DNA from: Spirochaetia bacterium
GTDB taxonomy: Bacteria; Spirochaetota; Spirochaetia; DSM-16054; Sediminispirochaetaceae
Direction of reading: 5' to 3'
DNA length: 64,000 nt
NCBI GenBank assembly: GCA_034520965.1
Contig: JAXHMY010000001.1
Coordinates: forward strand, 832,001-896,000
Shown here: positions 1-11,229 of the stretch, in pieces
Layout of the letters: each line of letters opens with the position of its first letter
Numbering within the stretch: position 1 is the first letter of the stretch
Translations under genes and position numbers: made by a program
Notes under the pieces: model-generated
What the model was told of the DNA's origin: nothing
Database searches by the model: none
The model's input: only the letters and a program-made list of their open reading frames with translations

Positions 1-367
1 CGAGCGTATTCGGGCGGTGGAATGAAAATGCATATACCTGTAGCAATGCTGTGAACGGCTTTCTGATTGGCGCATTAGTCTTCCTGGGCGGCGGCGGATG
101 GAGCGCGAAGCGGCGGTGATTACCTTTTTAAGCTCACGGGAGTACTATGCTGTGTCGTTTTTCCAGTAAGGAATCAATCTAAAAGTTCATCGCCTGCAAT
201 AATTTTTTTTTCACTATTCTTTGCAGCGTTAATATAGTTTTCGATAAACCGAATATCTTGAATATCTTCATATAGCTCTGATTGGCGACAATTATAATTA
301 CCATTTCCATCTGTTCGTGGAAAAGTTCGCCCATAAAAACATATCAAATATGGCAAAGGCCTGAACA

Positions 368-1606
368 GTGCACTATACTTTAGCTATGATCAGTCCTATA
401 ACGACTTGGCGGGCTCGAGTTTCTCTTTTCCTCTTCCTCACGATTGCCCTAGTGCTGTACAACAGCAGTCTGTTTGCCGCGGAGCAGACCGCTGAATTCA
501 GCGACAGAAGACCAATTAGAATTGGAGCAAGCCTCTCGATAACCGGTATTTACAATGAACCGGCCAATATGATCAAGCGGGGCTACGAGCTCTGGGTACA
601 GGAAACCAACCGCAAGGGCGGTCTGTTAGGTCGCCCTCTTGAGCTGCAAATTATAGACGACCGCAGTAAGGTCGAAGAAGCCCAGCGTATTTATCGTTAT
701 TTCATCGAAGAGCAGCAGGTCGACCTGCTGCTGGCGCCCTACGGAACCCCTATAACCCTGGCGGTAAGCGAAATAACCGAAACCGCCGGATATGTACTGG
801 TATCCGCCGGGGCCTCGGGAATTCACATTTGGGAACGGGGTTTCAAATATATCTTCGGAGTCTATGCCACTGCCGACCGCTTCTTTATCGGCTTTTTAGA
901 TTTGATTGCCCGCAACGGCATCGATGAAGTAAGCATCCTGCATGAGAACAACCCCTTCAACATAGACGTGGCAAGGGGGGCTGTTGATTGGGCGGAAAAA
1001 CTGGGGATACGGATAAACCGGAAGATCGAGTTTTCTCCTGAGACATATAAACCAGAAAAAATTCTGCAGCAGGCATCCCTCTCGAATAATGCGGCCCTGA
1101 TTTTATGCACCTATCCGGAGGAAGGCTATGCTCTTCTGCGGGCCCTGCAAGAGCATTCGCAACAACCCGCGGCCGTGTGCATGACGATAGCTCCGGTGCA
1201 CCCCCTATTTGCCAAACGGCTCCAAGGGGCGGCAGAGGGGGTTTTCGGCCCATCCCAATGGGAACCGGAGGAGCGCATCCCCTATCCGGGGACCCGCGAA
1301 TTCATCAGCGCCTTTCGACGCTTTGCCCATATCCCCCCTTCCTACCATGCCGGCGCCGCCTTTGCAGCCGGCCAGGTGCTCGCCCGGGCAATCGAAGCCA
1401 CCGGCAGCCTCGACAATTCCCGCTTACGGGAAGCCATTGCGACAATGGATACGGTCACCATAATTGGGCGCTTCAAGGTCGATACCTCCGGCCGGCAGAT
1501 CGGCCACAATCCGATACTGATTCAGTGGCAGGGGGGCAAGAAAGAGGTTGTCTACCCCACTCAGCTTAAAACCGCCGAACCCCGCTTCAATACCGAGCCC
1601 AGGTAA
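368..1606 (+). CDS. Branched-chain amino acid-type ABC substrate-binding protein (periplasmic binding protein type 1)
   Basis: Signal peptide, IRIGASLSITG and GGLLGRPLEL...DDRS motifs of LivJ/K-like proteins. Confidence 0.85.
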   Translation: MHYTLAMISPITTWRARVSLFLFLTIALVLYNSSLFAAEQTAEFSDRRPIRIGASLSITGIYNEPANMIKRGYELWVQETNRKGGLLGRPLELQIIDDRSKVEEAQRIYRYFIEEQQVDLLLAPYGTPITLAVSEITETAGYVLVSAGASGIHIWERGFKYIFGVYATADRFFIGFLDLIARNGIDEVSILHENNPFNIDVARGAVDWAEKLGIRINRKIEFSPETYKPEKILQQASLSNNAALILCTYPEEGYALLRALQEHSQQPAAVCMTIAPVHPLFAKRLQGAAEGVFGPSQWEPEERIPYPGTREFISAFRRFAHIPPSYHAGAAFAAGQVLARAIEATGSLDNSRLREAIATMDTVTIIGRFKVDTSGRQIGHNPILIQWQGGKKEVVYPTQLKTAEPRFNTEPR

Positions 1607-1611
1607 CCCCC

Positions 1612-3006
1612 ATGCAACTGCGGAACCTGATTCCTAATTCAATTTTTATGTACATTCTTATTCCAGTAGCCGGAGCGGCAGTAGTGAGTGCCCTGCTGTT
1701 CAACCTGCTGTTGACCCCCGTGTTCATCAATCATTTTACCCGCAGGAGCACTGCGGATCTCGAGTTGGCTACCTCCCTGGGGCTCGAACACTGCGAGGAA
1801 AACTTCCTCAACCTCTTATCCCTGCGTTTAAGCGATGACCAGATGATGGTGGAAACTATGTACCAGGAGAGCCTGAGAGGCATTACCCAGATACATAAAC
1901 AGATGGCATCGGTTCATATGCTGGCGGTAAGCAGCAGCGGCAGGGTCGACGCCAGTACTTATCCCGAACTGCCGACGGGGTCAGATTTTAAAGTCCCTGA
2001 TTTTTGGAGTGGAGAAACCCGAGAACTAAGGGTAAAAGGACAAAAGATACTGTACCGCTCGGCCTATTTTCCCTTTTGGCGGGTGCATATTGTTGCCGTC
2101 GTACCCCTCGAGTTTATATCGGCTCCCGTACAGCTGATGCAGCAGGGACTTCTGATAGCCCTGGTTGCAATCAGTTTTATTCTATTACTCACCCTGCTGA
2201 TAACCCTGAACTATGCGGTCAAACGTCCCTTGAACCGAGTAATCACAGCAACCCGGGAAATCAGCCGGGGCGCTTTTCCCTATATTGAATCAGTACGGAA
2301 GGATGAAATCGGCGAGGTCTGCACCGCCATAAACGTGATGTCCCGTCAGTTGAAAGAGAACCATACCGCCCTTGAACGCTCGATAGCCGAGAAGAACGTG
2401 CTGCTTCAGGAAATTCACCACCGGGTGAAAGACAACTTGAATGTGGTGGTGAGCCTGCTGCACCTGCAGTCCGACCAGGTCGAAAACCACCGACAGGCGA
2501 AAGAGGTTTTGAACAGCAGCTGCGACCGAATATACTCAATGGCCCTGGTGCATGAAAAGCTGTACCAATCCGAAAGCTTTTCCCATATTGATCTCGAAGC
2601 CTATATACAATCAATTGCCGATCAGTTGTTCAGTATTTACGGACAAAACAAAGCGATAGATAAAATAATCCGTGGCCGCCACATTTTTATAGATTTGTCG
2701 GTAGCCATGCCCTGCGGTCTGATTCTGAATGAACTTATTACTAATTCACTGCTGCATGCCTTCCCGAATCAAAACTCCGGGAAAATCGAAATAATCGTCG
2801 AGGAACAGGCCGAAGGGAATCTGGTACTAACCTATTCCGATAACGGCATCGGAATTAAGCAGGAACCTGATTTTTCCACACCACAGACAACTCTAGGACT
2901 CAGTTTAATTCATATTTTGGGTCAGCAGTTAGGCGCCAAGGTCGAGCTGAATACCCATCACGGGTACTGGCTGCGGCTAAGGATACCCCGACAGGGGACA
3001 GTATAA
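1612..3006 (+). CDS. HAMP-domain sensor histidine kinase (HisKA_2 type)
   Basis: Two TM segments, HAMP, EIHHRVKDNL H-box, NELITNS, DNGIG, LGLSLI. Confidence 0.9.
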   Translation: MQLRNLIPNSIFMYILIPVAGAAVVSALLFNLLLTPVFINHFTRRSTADLELATSLGLEHCEENFLNLLSLRLSDDQMMVETMYQESLRGITQIHKQMASVHMLAVSSSGRVDASTYPELPTGSDFKVPDFWSGETRELRVKGQKILYRSAYFPFWRVHIVAVVPLEFISAPVQLMQQGLLIALVAISFILLLTLLITLNYAVKRPLNRVITATREISRGAFPYIESVRKDEIGEVCTAINVMSRQLKENHTALERSIAEKNVLLQEIHHRVKDNLNVVVSLLHLQSDQVENHRQAKEVLNSSCDRIYSMALVHEKLYQSESFSHIDLEAYIQSIADQLFSIYGQNKAIDKIIRGRHIFIDLSVAMPCGLILNELITNSLLHAFPNQNSGKIEIIVEEQAEGNLVLTYSDNGIGIKQEPDFSTPQTTLGLSLIHILGQQLGAKVELNTHHGYWLRLRIPRQGTV

Positions 3007-3204
3007 GTAGCCGTTACTGCGCGATTGTGAATCAAAATATCCATATATAATACCAACTTCAAAATCTAAAAATGTATATTCCGGTAAAACCGGACAGCTG
3101 TGATATGACGACAGTGGATTTCCTACGATGGCGGTTCTCAAGGATCTCAAGCAGGGAAAGCCGTGCGGTATCTGATTGATAAACCAACTAACATCCCAGG
3201 CAGA

Positions 3205-3684
3205 TCATGCCTCTGGATCAGTACTGTCGAGAATCTTCATCTCAAAATGCCACCCCTCAAATACCTCAAGCATCATAACAAACTCTTCAATCGTTATACG
3301 CTTTCCATCTATGAAGAAGGCCCGTTCAAAATCGGTGTCAGAATCTTTTTCACTCCAGTCAATTCTTCCACGTAGAAGAAAGTTATCATTGATTTGCCAT
3401 CTTCCGTTCGATTTTTCCAGATGTCTTCTGTTTATGCCTCTTTTAATTTTTTCCTTTAGAAATTGCTCGGCCTTCGCAGTGTCTGCATCAAAATCAGATA
3501 ATACGGTAAATCTGTAAGATAGCGATTCATCATTCTTCACTTCTATAGCCTCAGAAAGAAGACCGCCAGGGCATGGAAATGTCGAAATTCTGAAGAGGTA
3601 TTCATGTTTCCAGCGGTCTTTTATCCGAAAGTCGTATCCTTCATCGAGGGTGCTGTGGATGTAGTGGTCACCTTCTAATCTCAT
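3205..3684 (-). CDS. Hypothetical protein
   Basis: 159 aa ORF with AAGGAG RBS; no recognised motif. Confidence 0.65.
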   Translation of the reverse strand: MRLEGDHYIHSTLDEGYDFRIKDRWKHEYLFRISTFPCPGGLLSEAIEVKNDESLSYRFTVLSDFDADTAKAEQFLKEKIKRGINRRHLEKSNGRWQINDNFLLRGRIDWSEKDSDTDFERAFFIDGKRITIEEFVMMLEVFEGWHFEMKILDSTDPEA

Positions 3685-3857
3685 TTGTTTTTCTCCTTTA
3701 GATATTTTCTACACTCGTTAATTGGGTGCCATCTTCTATTATGGCCCCAATTGTTACTGGAGGTATTTATATCGGCAGTACCGCACCATCTTCTGGTTTC
3801 ATTTTCTTAAGATCCCCGCGCCCCACCGCCGGAGCACAGGACGTGCGGAGGCGGTTC

Positions 3858-6185
3858 TTAGGCTGCCGGATTTACATATAAGTATCTCTGGAACGCAATA
3901 AAGGTCACTTTTATCTCTTCTATTCCGCCAAGCTTCTCTGCCGCATCTGTGATTGAATAGTATTTCAAGGAGAGCAGGTCGGGCAGTTTTTCCTGATCGA
4001 GTTCGTCTACGCCGGATTCGATATATTTGGAGAGAACGAAATCAAGAAAATCCTTCTGATCTTGATTTAACCCGTTAAAAATAAACGGCCTGGCTTGTGC
4101 AACCCGTTCTTCCCGGCTCATGGGTTTTACTGCGAATGAGACATACTCAAGCACATCAAAGATATCGCTGTTTTCTGCGTTTACAAGTTTCTGTAGAATA
4201 GACAACTCATCTTTACCGTACCCCGATTCTTTAAGACTTTCGAGTAATCCCTTTCTTGTAGACGGTACAGACCAGATTTTTCGCAGTTCATCTTCATCCT
4301 TGAAAAAATCAGGCAGCTTGCCAAAGAGGTTTTGCAAGAACTCCTCTGCAGAAATGGGCTTACCGTCGGCACTCCAGAATGAGGTGGCTATCATATGCTG
4401 GATTTCCCGTTCTTTTCCGTCTCTCAGTTTGATTTTCAGCTTTTTCGGACGCTTTGTTTCTTCAGACTCTTCCGGATCACCCGGTTCTTCTTTTACCTCT
4501 GAAGGTTCTTTCGGTTCCGGCAGTGAATAGGGTTCCGGTTCCAGGGGCTCACCGTCCCATTCCGGATCGAGAAAGTGATGGTACGCGCCGACATAGTCGT
4601 ACAGGGTAAAATAGTCTTTGCCTTCAAACAGGCGGGTGCCTCTTCCGATAATCTGTTTGAATTCGATCATGGAGTTTACCGGTCTCAAAAGTACGATGTT
4701 CCTGATGTTCCTTGCGTCAACACCGGTGGAAAGTTTCTGGGATGTCGTCAGTACTGTAGGAATACTTTTTTCATTGTCCTGAAAATCCCGAAGGTGCTGC
4801 TCGCCAAGCTTTCCGTCATTGGCGGTAACCCGGTGACAGTAATTGGGATTATTGCTTTGCTTGTGCTGGTTTATCAAATCACGAATAGCCAGGGCATGTT
4901 CCTGATTGGCACAGAACACGAGTGTTTTTTCTTTTTGGTTTATTTCATCAAGGATAATTTTTACCCGCTTTTCTTCACGTTCTTTTATCTGAATAATTCG
5001 ATTAAAGTCCTCTTCACCATACACCCGGCCTTCTTCAACCTCCCCCTCCACTACCGTATCATCCGGGGTAAAGACGTATTCATCGATGGTCGTCTGTACC
5101 CGTTTTACCTTGAAAGGAGTAAGAAAGCCGTCATTTATCCCCTCTTTTAATGAGTAGATATAGACCGGCTCGCCAAAATAGGCATAGGTGTCAGCGTTAT
5201 TCTTCCGTTTCGGGGTGGCGGTTAAGCCAAGCTGAACAGCAGGAGAGAAATACTCCATGATTCCCCGCCAGTTGCTTTCATCATTTGCTCCGCCCCGATG
5301 ACACTCGTCAATAATGATAAAATCGAAATAGTCGCGCGGATATTCTCCGAAATTGGGAGCCGGGTCTCCATTTTCATCCCTGCCGCTCATGAAGGTTTGA
5401 AATATGGTAAAGAAGATGTTTCCGTTAGTCGGCACGCGCCCTTTTTTTCGAATTGCATCCGGGGCAATACGTACAAGGGCGTCTTCAGGAAAAGCGTTAA
5501 AGGCATTGAAGGCCTGGTTGGCCAGAATATTCCTGTCTGCGAGAAAGAGTATCCGCGGCCGCCTTGATCCGTCTTTTTTCAGATTCCAGCGGGTATGGAA
5601 GAGCTTCCACGCAATCTGAAAGGCGATAAAGGTTTTCCCCGTGCCGGTAGCCAGGGTAAGCAGAATTCTGTTTTTATCTTCTGCAATAGCATCGAGTGCC
5701 CGATGTACCGCTATCTCCTGATAGAAGCGGGGCGGTTGTGTACCGCTTTTGTCTTCAAAGGGTATGCCGTAAAAGGCGTCCCGCCATTTATTTTGCTCCT
5801 CATGCGCCATAGCCCACAGCGCTTTGGGGGTGGGGAATGTATCAGCCGAGCCTTCTTCTCCGGTTTTCATATTTATGCAGTAGATTTCGCGGCCATTGGC
5901 TGCATAGGCAAAATCAAGTTTCAATTTCTCTGCGTATAGTTTGGCCTGGGCAACCCCTTCACCGACTTCGCGCTCTGCGCTTTTGGCTTCTATGACGGCG
6001 AGCTTAACGTTTTTATAGGAGAGGATGTAATCGGCAATAAGAGGTTTACTTCTGATGCCGCCGGTCTGAATTTTACCGTGGGTAATAGTATACTCACGGT
6101 TGATTTTCGATTCGCTGGTACTACCCCAGCCGCACGAAAGCAGATGCGGATCGATCAACTCGGCCCTGGTTTCAGCTTCGTTCAT
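3858..6185 (-). CDS. hsdR: Type I restriction enzyme R subunit (EcoAI/EcoEI-like)
   Basis: NEAETR start, ADY...IEAK nuclease motif, ATGTGKT, DECH, TATP, QIIGRGTR helicase motifs. Confidence 0.95.
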   Translation of the reverse strand: MNEAETRAELIDPHLLSCGWGSTSESKINREYTITHGKIQTGGIRSKPLIADYILSYKNVKLAVIEAKSAEREVGEGVAQAKLYAEKLKLDFAYAANGREIYCINMKTGEEGSADTFPTPKALWAMAHEEQNKWRDAFYGIPFEDKSGTQPPRFYQEIAVHRALDAIAEDKNRILLTLATGTGKTFIAFQIAWKLFHTRWNLKKDGSRRPRILFLADRNILANQAFNAFNAFPEDALVRIAPDAIRKKGRVPTNGNIFFTIFQTFMSGRDENGDPAPNFGEYPRDYFDFIIIDECHRGGANDESNWRGIMEYFSPAVQLGLTATPKRKNNADTYAYFGEPVYIYSLKEGINDGFLTPFKVKRVQTTIDEYVFTPDDTVVEGEVEEGRVYGEEDFNRIIQIKEREEKRVKIILDEINQKEKTLVFCANQEHALAIRDLINQHKQSNNPNYCHRVTANDGKLGEQHLRDFQDNEKSIPTVLTTSQKLSTGVDARNIRNIVLLRPVNSMIEFKQIIGRGTRLFEGKDYFTLYDYVGAYHHFLDPEWDGEPLEPEPYSLPEPKEPSEVKEEPGDPEESEETKRPKKLKIKLRDGKEREIQHMIATSFWSADGKPISAEEFLQNLFGKLPDFFKDEDELRKIWSVPSTRKGLLESLKESGYGKDELSILQKLVNAENSDIFDVLEYVSFAVKPMSREERVAQARPFIFNGLNQDQKDFLDFVLSKYIESGVDELDQEKLPDLLSLKYYSITDAAEKLGGIEEIKVTFIAFQRYLYVNPAA

Positions 6186-6196
6186 TGCCTTGGTCC

Positions 6197-6256
6197 TTTA
6201 CAGGCTCATTTACAGGCTCATTTAGGGTCTCATTTACAGGCTCATTTAGGGGCTCA
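6197..6256. repeat. Five tandem 12-bp units (TTTACAGGCTCA consensus)
   Basis: Directly visible between rhuM and hsdR. Confidence 0.85.
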
Positions 6257-6269
6257 ATTCGAGCAGCTG

Positions 6270-7292
6270 TCATTGTTTATACCTTTTAAGATACTCTTCA
6301 AGTTTCTTAATATCTTCTTTATCGGCCTTCTTAGCTTCTTCTATTTTTCTTTTTTTATCAAACTGCTCATACCGCTCTTCTGCAAGTTTTTTGGCAACTA
6401 CCGCTTTTACCTTTCCGGCATGGGTAAGTAGTTCCTGTTCGTTGAACTCCAGAAAGGCATCCAGTTTATCCGACCACTGCTCCATGGTGACGGTTTTTCG
6501 CTGCCTGGCCTGCAGTTCGGCGTAATCGAGGTACATGGTGACAATCTCGTTGAGGTCTTTTATCTCACCTGCCTTCAGGTAATTCTTGGCAATATCCACA
6601 TCATATTTTCGCACGATGGAACCTCGCCAGGAGGTAAGTCCCATATTGGGAGCCCACTGGTCGCTTCGTAATTCGATGAGCTCGGCGGCGGTTTTGCCGG
6701 TGACAGCCCAGAGCATCTTGTTCTGAACCTTCTTGAAGAAGTTCTGTGCCTGCTGTGAGTTTTTATCGTAATCGATGGCCGTGGCATAAATATCCCGGAT
6801 TTTCTGGTAAAAGCGTTTTTCCGAAGCCCGGATATCCCGAATACGCTCCAACCACTCGTCAAAATAGTCCCACCGGTCGGCCTGTTTCAGGCGTTCATCA
6901 TCCATGGCAAAGCCCTTGATGATGTATTCTTTGAGGATATTGGTTGCCCAGATACGAAACTGGGTGGCCCGTTTGGAGTTGACCCGATATCCGACGGCAA
7001 TGATGGCGTCGAGGTTGTAGTATTTTAACTGCTTTGTCTGGTTTTTTCCCTCTATGGCGCCGTGGGAAGTGGTATGTTCCAAAATGGAACTTACCACTTG
7101 TTCGTCCAACTCACCGCTTTCAAAGATGTTTTTCAGATGCTTGGTAACAGCCGGCCGTTTTACACCAAAAAGCTCCGCCATCTGCGCCTGGGTCAGCCAG
7201 ATGGTTTCGTTCTGGAAAACAGTATCTATTTTGATATTGCCGTCGGTGGTTTTGTAGAGAATGATTTCTGTTTGGTAGGAGGGTTGGGTCAT
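6270..7292 (-). CDS. RhuM-family (virulence RhuM) DNA-binding protein
   Basis: WLTQAQMAELF, YNLDAIIAVGYRVNSKRATQFRIWAT, RIRDIRASE motifs. Confidence 0.9.
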   Translation of the reverse strand: MTQPSYQTEIILYKTTDGNIKIDTVFQNETIWLTQAQMAELFGVKRPAVTKHLKNIFESGELDEQVVSSILEHTTSHGAIEGKNQTKQLKYYNLDAIIAVGYRVNSKRATQFRIWATNILKEYIIKGFAMDDERLKQADRWDYFDEWLERIRDIRASEKRFYQKIRDIYATAIDYDKNSQQAQNFFKKVQNKMLWAVTGKTAAELIELRSDQWAPNMGLTSWRGSIVRKYDVDIAKNYLKAGEIKDLNEIVTMYLDYAELQARQRKTVTMEQWSDKLDAFLEFNEQELLTHAGKVKAVVAKKLAEERYEQFDKKRKIEEAKKADKEDIKKLEEYLKRYKQ

Positions 7293-8542
7293 AATTCCCC
7301 CTCGAAGGCTTTTTTGAGAATGGATTTTTTTAGTTCGTCCAGAGCTGTTATTTTATCATTGTATATTTTTTTTAATTTAGATGTTTCTTTTGAAAAATAA
7401 TATACTTTTTTGATCAATTCATTTTGTGTTTTCTTGCTTGGTAGTTTTAACCTGATTTTTTTCAAAGTTTTTACTGACGATACATTCTTAATAGCTGCTC
7501 CTTGAGAGTGTTTTGCAATTTGATTTAGAAAGTCATTACTTTCCATCCATAGCTTTAAGAAACGAACCGAAAGAACTATTTTTGGGTGTTAATTTAGTAG
7601 AGCTTGATTTATTATACCTTTATGGAAGGTCTCTGGAACAATTGCTGTCCTGCCCATAGTTCCTGAGCAACTCATAATCAAATCGCCAGCTTTTAGCTCA
7701 AAGCGTCTCATCTCATTGTATTTTTTTTCATCAATAAAATATCTAATATTTACAAATTGATCATTTATCGCATGTTGCTGTTCATAAACAGCATAACCGG
7801 AGGATTTGAATATTGTTTTTTTTAAGCTGCCTCCAAACGGACCTCTTACAAACTCACAAACATCCCCCAGCTTCTTCGCCTCCCAATCCTCTCCGGGATT
7901 TTCAAAGATACCGTTCAAATAACTCTCAAACAGCTCCTTGGCATTGTCCAGATTCTTCTCCGCGTTGGCCTTCGCCTTGTCTATGGCTGCAAATGCTTCA
8001 TCGAGAATAGCGACAATGCGTTTTTGTTCAGCGAGTGGGGGAAGGGGAATTTGAATTGCTTTTATCTGATCTCTATTTATTGAATTAAAAACTGCTCCAT
8101 TATTTCCTGTTATTTCATTCTTATGTTTAACAAGAAAGTAAAACAGAAAGAACTTATCTACTGTATTTCTAGCCCTTATTGCTGACAAGCCACGTCCAAT
8201 ACAGATATTTTGTGTAGCAAAATTAACAGGTCCCACAGGTGCTCGAACAGACATCAGTATATCATCTTTTTGTGCTTCTTTTGTTATGTTTGTTGTCCAA
8301 GTATTGGGACTATCAATAAACTTTTCTGTGAATCCTTTTTTCCCTTGATAAAAAGGCAATCCATCTCCATTTTTATTATAAAACTTACTTTTGGGAGATT
8401 GTCCTGATATTACCTCACACACCTCCCCCAGCTTCTTCCACTCCCACCCCTCCGGCAGGGGCTTATTTTTTCCCACCGTCGGTATTTTATCCGCATCCAA
8501 CTGTGTTAATCCGTGGTTTGTATATGCCTCTGTCCTATTCAT
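7289..8542 (-). CDS. hsdS: Type I RM specificity subunit, split by frameshift(s) near 7570-7592
   Basis: LPEGWEWKKLGEV and PLPPLAEQKRIV conserved regions, two TRDs; C-terminus (LKKSILKKAFEGEL) in ORF 7289-7546. Confidence 0.85.
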
Positions 8543-9617
8543 AATCCTGCTCTGTTTTTTTTGCTTCGTACAAACTGAGCCGTTCGCTGACTATCCATTT
8601 TTCCCGATCCAGTTCTTCTTGCAACTCCTGTTCGCTGGGGAGTACGGTTCTGTATTTAGAAGCAAAAAGATGCTTGTTTTCCTGTAGAACAGAATATTTT
8701 ACGATCGTCTCATCCTTGTCCGTGCAGAGGATTATACCTATTGTCGGGTTGTCATCATCACCCCTTTTCAGTTCATCGAACATTCGTACATACATATCCA
8801 TCTGCCCAATATCCTGGTGAGTCAATTTACCCGTTTTTAGATCGATAATCACGAAACACTTGAGGATATAGTTATAGAAAACAAGATCAACATAAAAATG
8901 GGAAGTCTCGCTGCTTATACGGAATTGCCGGGCTATAAAAGAAAATCCTTTGCCAAGTTCAAGGAGGAACTTCTGCATATTCTCTATCAAAGCACTCTCC
9001 AACAATCTCTCTTTGCCGCTCAGGTCCTCCGGAATACCGAGGAATTCCAGCACATAGGGATCTTTGATATGAGATAGTTTCCCGTCGGCTTCTTTGTCCA
9101 CTGTATTTTTACCCGATGATTGATTTGACAGGAGCCTCTCGAAGTAGCGGCTTTTAATATTTCGCTGCAAGGTTCGTACGCTCCAGCTTTCCCGTCGGGA
9201 CTCTGTCAGATAGAATTCCTTTGCCCTTTCATCATTAATCCGCATGATAAGTCTGATATGGGACCAGCTCAATTCTCTACACAGTGTGTAGAATTTTTGA
9301 TTTTCACGAAAAACCAGGTAGAACTGGCGAAAATTCTTCAAATTCGCAATAGAAAACCCCCTACCAATGGTATCGCCAAGGTACTTTGACAGTTCGGTAA
9401 TCAAATACTCCCCATAACCTGCACGACCTTTACCCTGCTGTTCCTGCTCTACAATTCTTTTGCCAATTTCCCAATAGGTCTCGACCATAACAGAGTTGAT
9501 CTTTCTATACGCGCTTTCCCGGGCAACAATCAGCAAGTGCTTAATATCCCGGTAGAACAGATCTTCACTTTCTTTTGTCACCAACTTCTCCCCGAATGAT
9601 TTTCTTTCACATAACAT
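8535..9617 (-). CDS. DUF1016/YhcG PD-(D/E)XK nuclease-domain protein
   Basis: YWEIGKRIVE, LSWSH, KDPYVLEFL, FLLELGKGF, DIGQMDMY, PTIGIILC. Confidence 0.9.
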   Translation of the reverse strand: MLCERKSFGEKLVTKESEDLFYRDIKHLLIVARESAYRKINSVMVETYWEIGKRIVEQEQQGKGRAGYGEYLITELSKYLGDTIGRGFSIANLKNFRQFYLVFRENQKFYTLCRELSWSHIRLIMRINDERAKEFYLTESRRESWSVRTLQRNIKSRYFERLLSNQSSGKNTVDKEADGKLSHIKDPYVLEFLGIPEDLSGKERLLESALIENMQKFLLELGKGFSFIARQFRISSETSHFYVDLVFYNYILKCFVIIDLKTGKLTHQDIGQMDMYVRMFDELKRGDDDNPTIGIILCTDKDETIVKYSVLQENKHLFASKYRTVLPSEQELQEELDREKWIVSERLSLYEAKKTEQDYE

Positions 9618-9720
9618 TATCAGCCCCTCATATTACCAAAAGCCCAATTGTGCTACACAGTGTGTAGCGTTTTCATAGAACTTATGTTAAACTATCGCAT
9701 TTTTTGCGACAGTTCGATTA

Positions 9721-11175
9721 TCATACCAACTCCCGCACCTTCTTCAAAACCTCGGCGCTCTCCTTATCCAGCGCGGCTATCTCATTCAGTATCTCCTGCG
9801 GATCCCGCAATACAGTGTCGTCCTTTTTATTTGGGTTTTTAACCGATAGGTCGAAGGTCTCTTCGTTCACATCATTTATATCGAGGCTCCAGGAATTGTC
9901 CGAGTCGGCCTGTATCTTCTGCAGCTCTACAAACTCGGCAAGATCCTGCTCGTTCAGTGGATTGGTTTTGCCCAGGTTCCGTCCTGGGTTGAGCTGGTAG
10001 TACCATATCTTTTTGGTCGGTTCACCCTTTTCAAAAAAGAGTACCACAGTCTTCACCCCGGCTCCCTGGAACACGCCGCCGGGAAGATCAAGCACGGTAT
10101 GCAGATTACAGCTTTCCAGAAGGGTCTTGCGCAGGGATATGGAGGCGTTGTCGGTGTTGGAAAGGAATGTGTTTTTAATAACCACACCGGCTCTGCCGCC
10201 GGCTTTGAGTCTCTTGATGAAGTGCTGAAGAAAAAGAAAGGCTGTTTCACCTGTTTTTATAGGGAAATTCTGCTGAACCTCCTTGCGCTCTTTCCCACCG
10301 AACGGAGGATTTGCCAGAATTACATTGAAACGGTCTTTTTCCTGTATGTCGCTGATATTCTCCGAGAGGGTATTGGTGTGGATGATATTCGGCGCCTCGA
10401 TACCGTGGAGGATCATATTCATGGTACCGATAATATAGGCCAGTGATTTTTTCTCTTTGCCGTAAAAAGTCTTCTTTTGCAAGGTTTTCATGTTGCCGGT
10501 AGAAAGATTCTTTTCGCTTCTTAAATACTCAAAGGCTTCACAAAGAAAGCCCGCTGACCCGGCCGCACCGTCATAGATGGTTTCTCCGATTTCCGGCTTC
10601 ACCACTTTAACAATGGTTCTTATAAGCGGCCGTGGAGTATAGTATTCTCCGCCGTTGCGGCCGGCGTTCCCCATGTTCTGAATCTTGCCCTCATACAGGT
10701 GGCTCATCTCATGCTTTTCTTTCTGGCTTCTGAATCGCAGTTCGTCAACCAGATTAATAATTTCCCGCAGGTTGTAACCGCTCTGTATCTTGTTTTTTAG
10801 CTCACTGAAAATCTCACCAATCTTGTATTCGATGGTGTCCGGATTATCTGCCTGGGTTTTGAAACTCCGTAAATAGGGAAAAAGTTTCTGGTCGACAAAA
10901 TCCCGCAGATCATCACCGGTCAAAGCCTTATGATGGTCAAGTTTCCCTTCTTTCGTTTTGGGGGCCGCCCATACATTCCATTTGTACTCGTCTGCAATGA
11001 TAGATGAATATGATTTTGATGAAAGCCTGGCCGCAGCTTCCTTGTCCTTCTCAAGGTCATCGAGGTATTTCAGAAAAAGAACCCAGGAGGTCTGTTCCAC
11101 ATAATCCAGCTCACTGGAACATCCGGCATCTTTCCAGAGGGTGTCGTCGATATTCTTAAAGGTCTGTTCAAACAT
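9721..11175 (-). CDS. hsdM: Type I RM N6-adenine methyltransferase subunit
   Basis: GEYYTPR, YDGAAGSAGF (motif I), NPPF (motif IV). Confidence 0.95.
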   Translation of the reverse strand: MFEQTFKNIDDTLWKDAGCSSELDYVEQTSWVLFLKYLDDLEKDKEAAARLSSKSYSSIIADEYKWNVWAAPKTKEGKLDHHKALTGDDLRDFVDQKLFPYLRSFKTQADNPDTIEYKIGEIFSELKNKIQSGYNLREIINLVDELRFRSQKEKHEMSHLYEGKIQNMGNAGRNGGEYYTPRPLIRTIVKVVKPEIGETIYDGAAGSAGFLCEAFEYLRSEKNLSTGNMKTLQKKTFYGKEKKSLAYIIGTMNMILHGIEAPNIIHTNTLSENISDIQEKDRFNVILANPPFGGKERKEVQQNFPIKTGETAFLFLQHFIKRLKAGGRAGVVIKNTFLSNTDNASISLRKTLLESCNLHTVLDLPGGVFQGAGVKTVVLFFEKGEPTKKIWYYQLNPGRNLGKTNPLNEQDLAEFVELQKIQADSDNSWSLDINDVNEETFDLSVKNPNKKDDTVLRDPQEILNEIAALDKESAEVLKKVRELV

Positions 11176-11229
11176 ATTCTTTACTCATTCCTTTCTTTTT
11201 TCTCTGCCATGGACTTGGTGCGGTATTGC

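Noticed and set aside
3715..3856. Inverted repeats after hsdR as a closing attC
   Set aside because: They lack AAC...GTT cores and the 5/1 geometry; more likely terminator-like hairpins.
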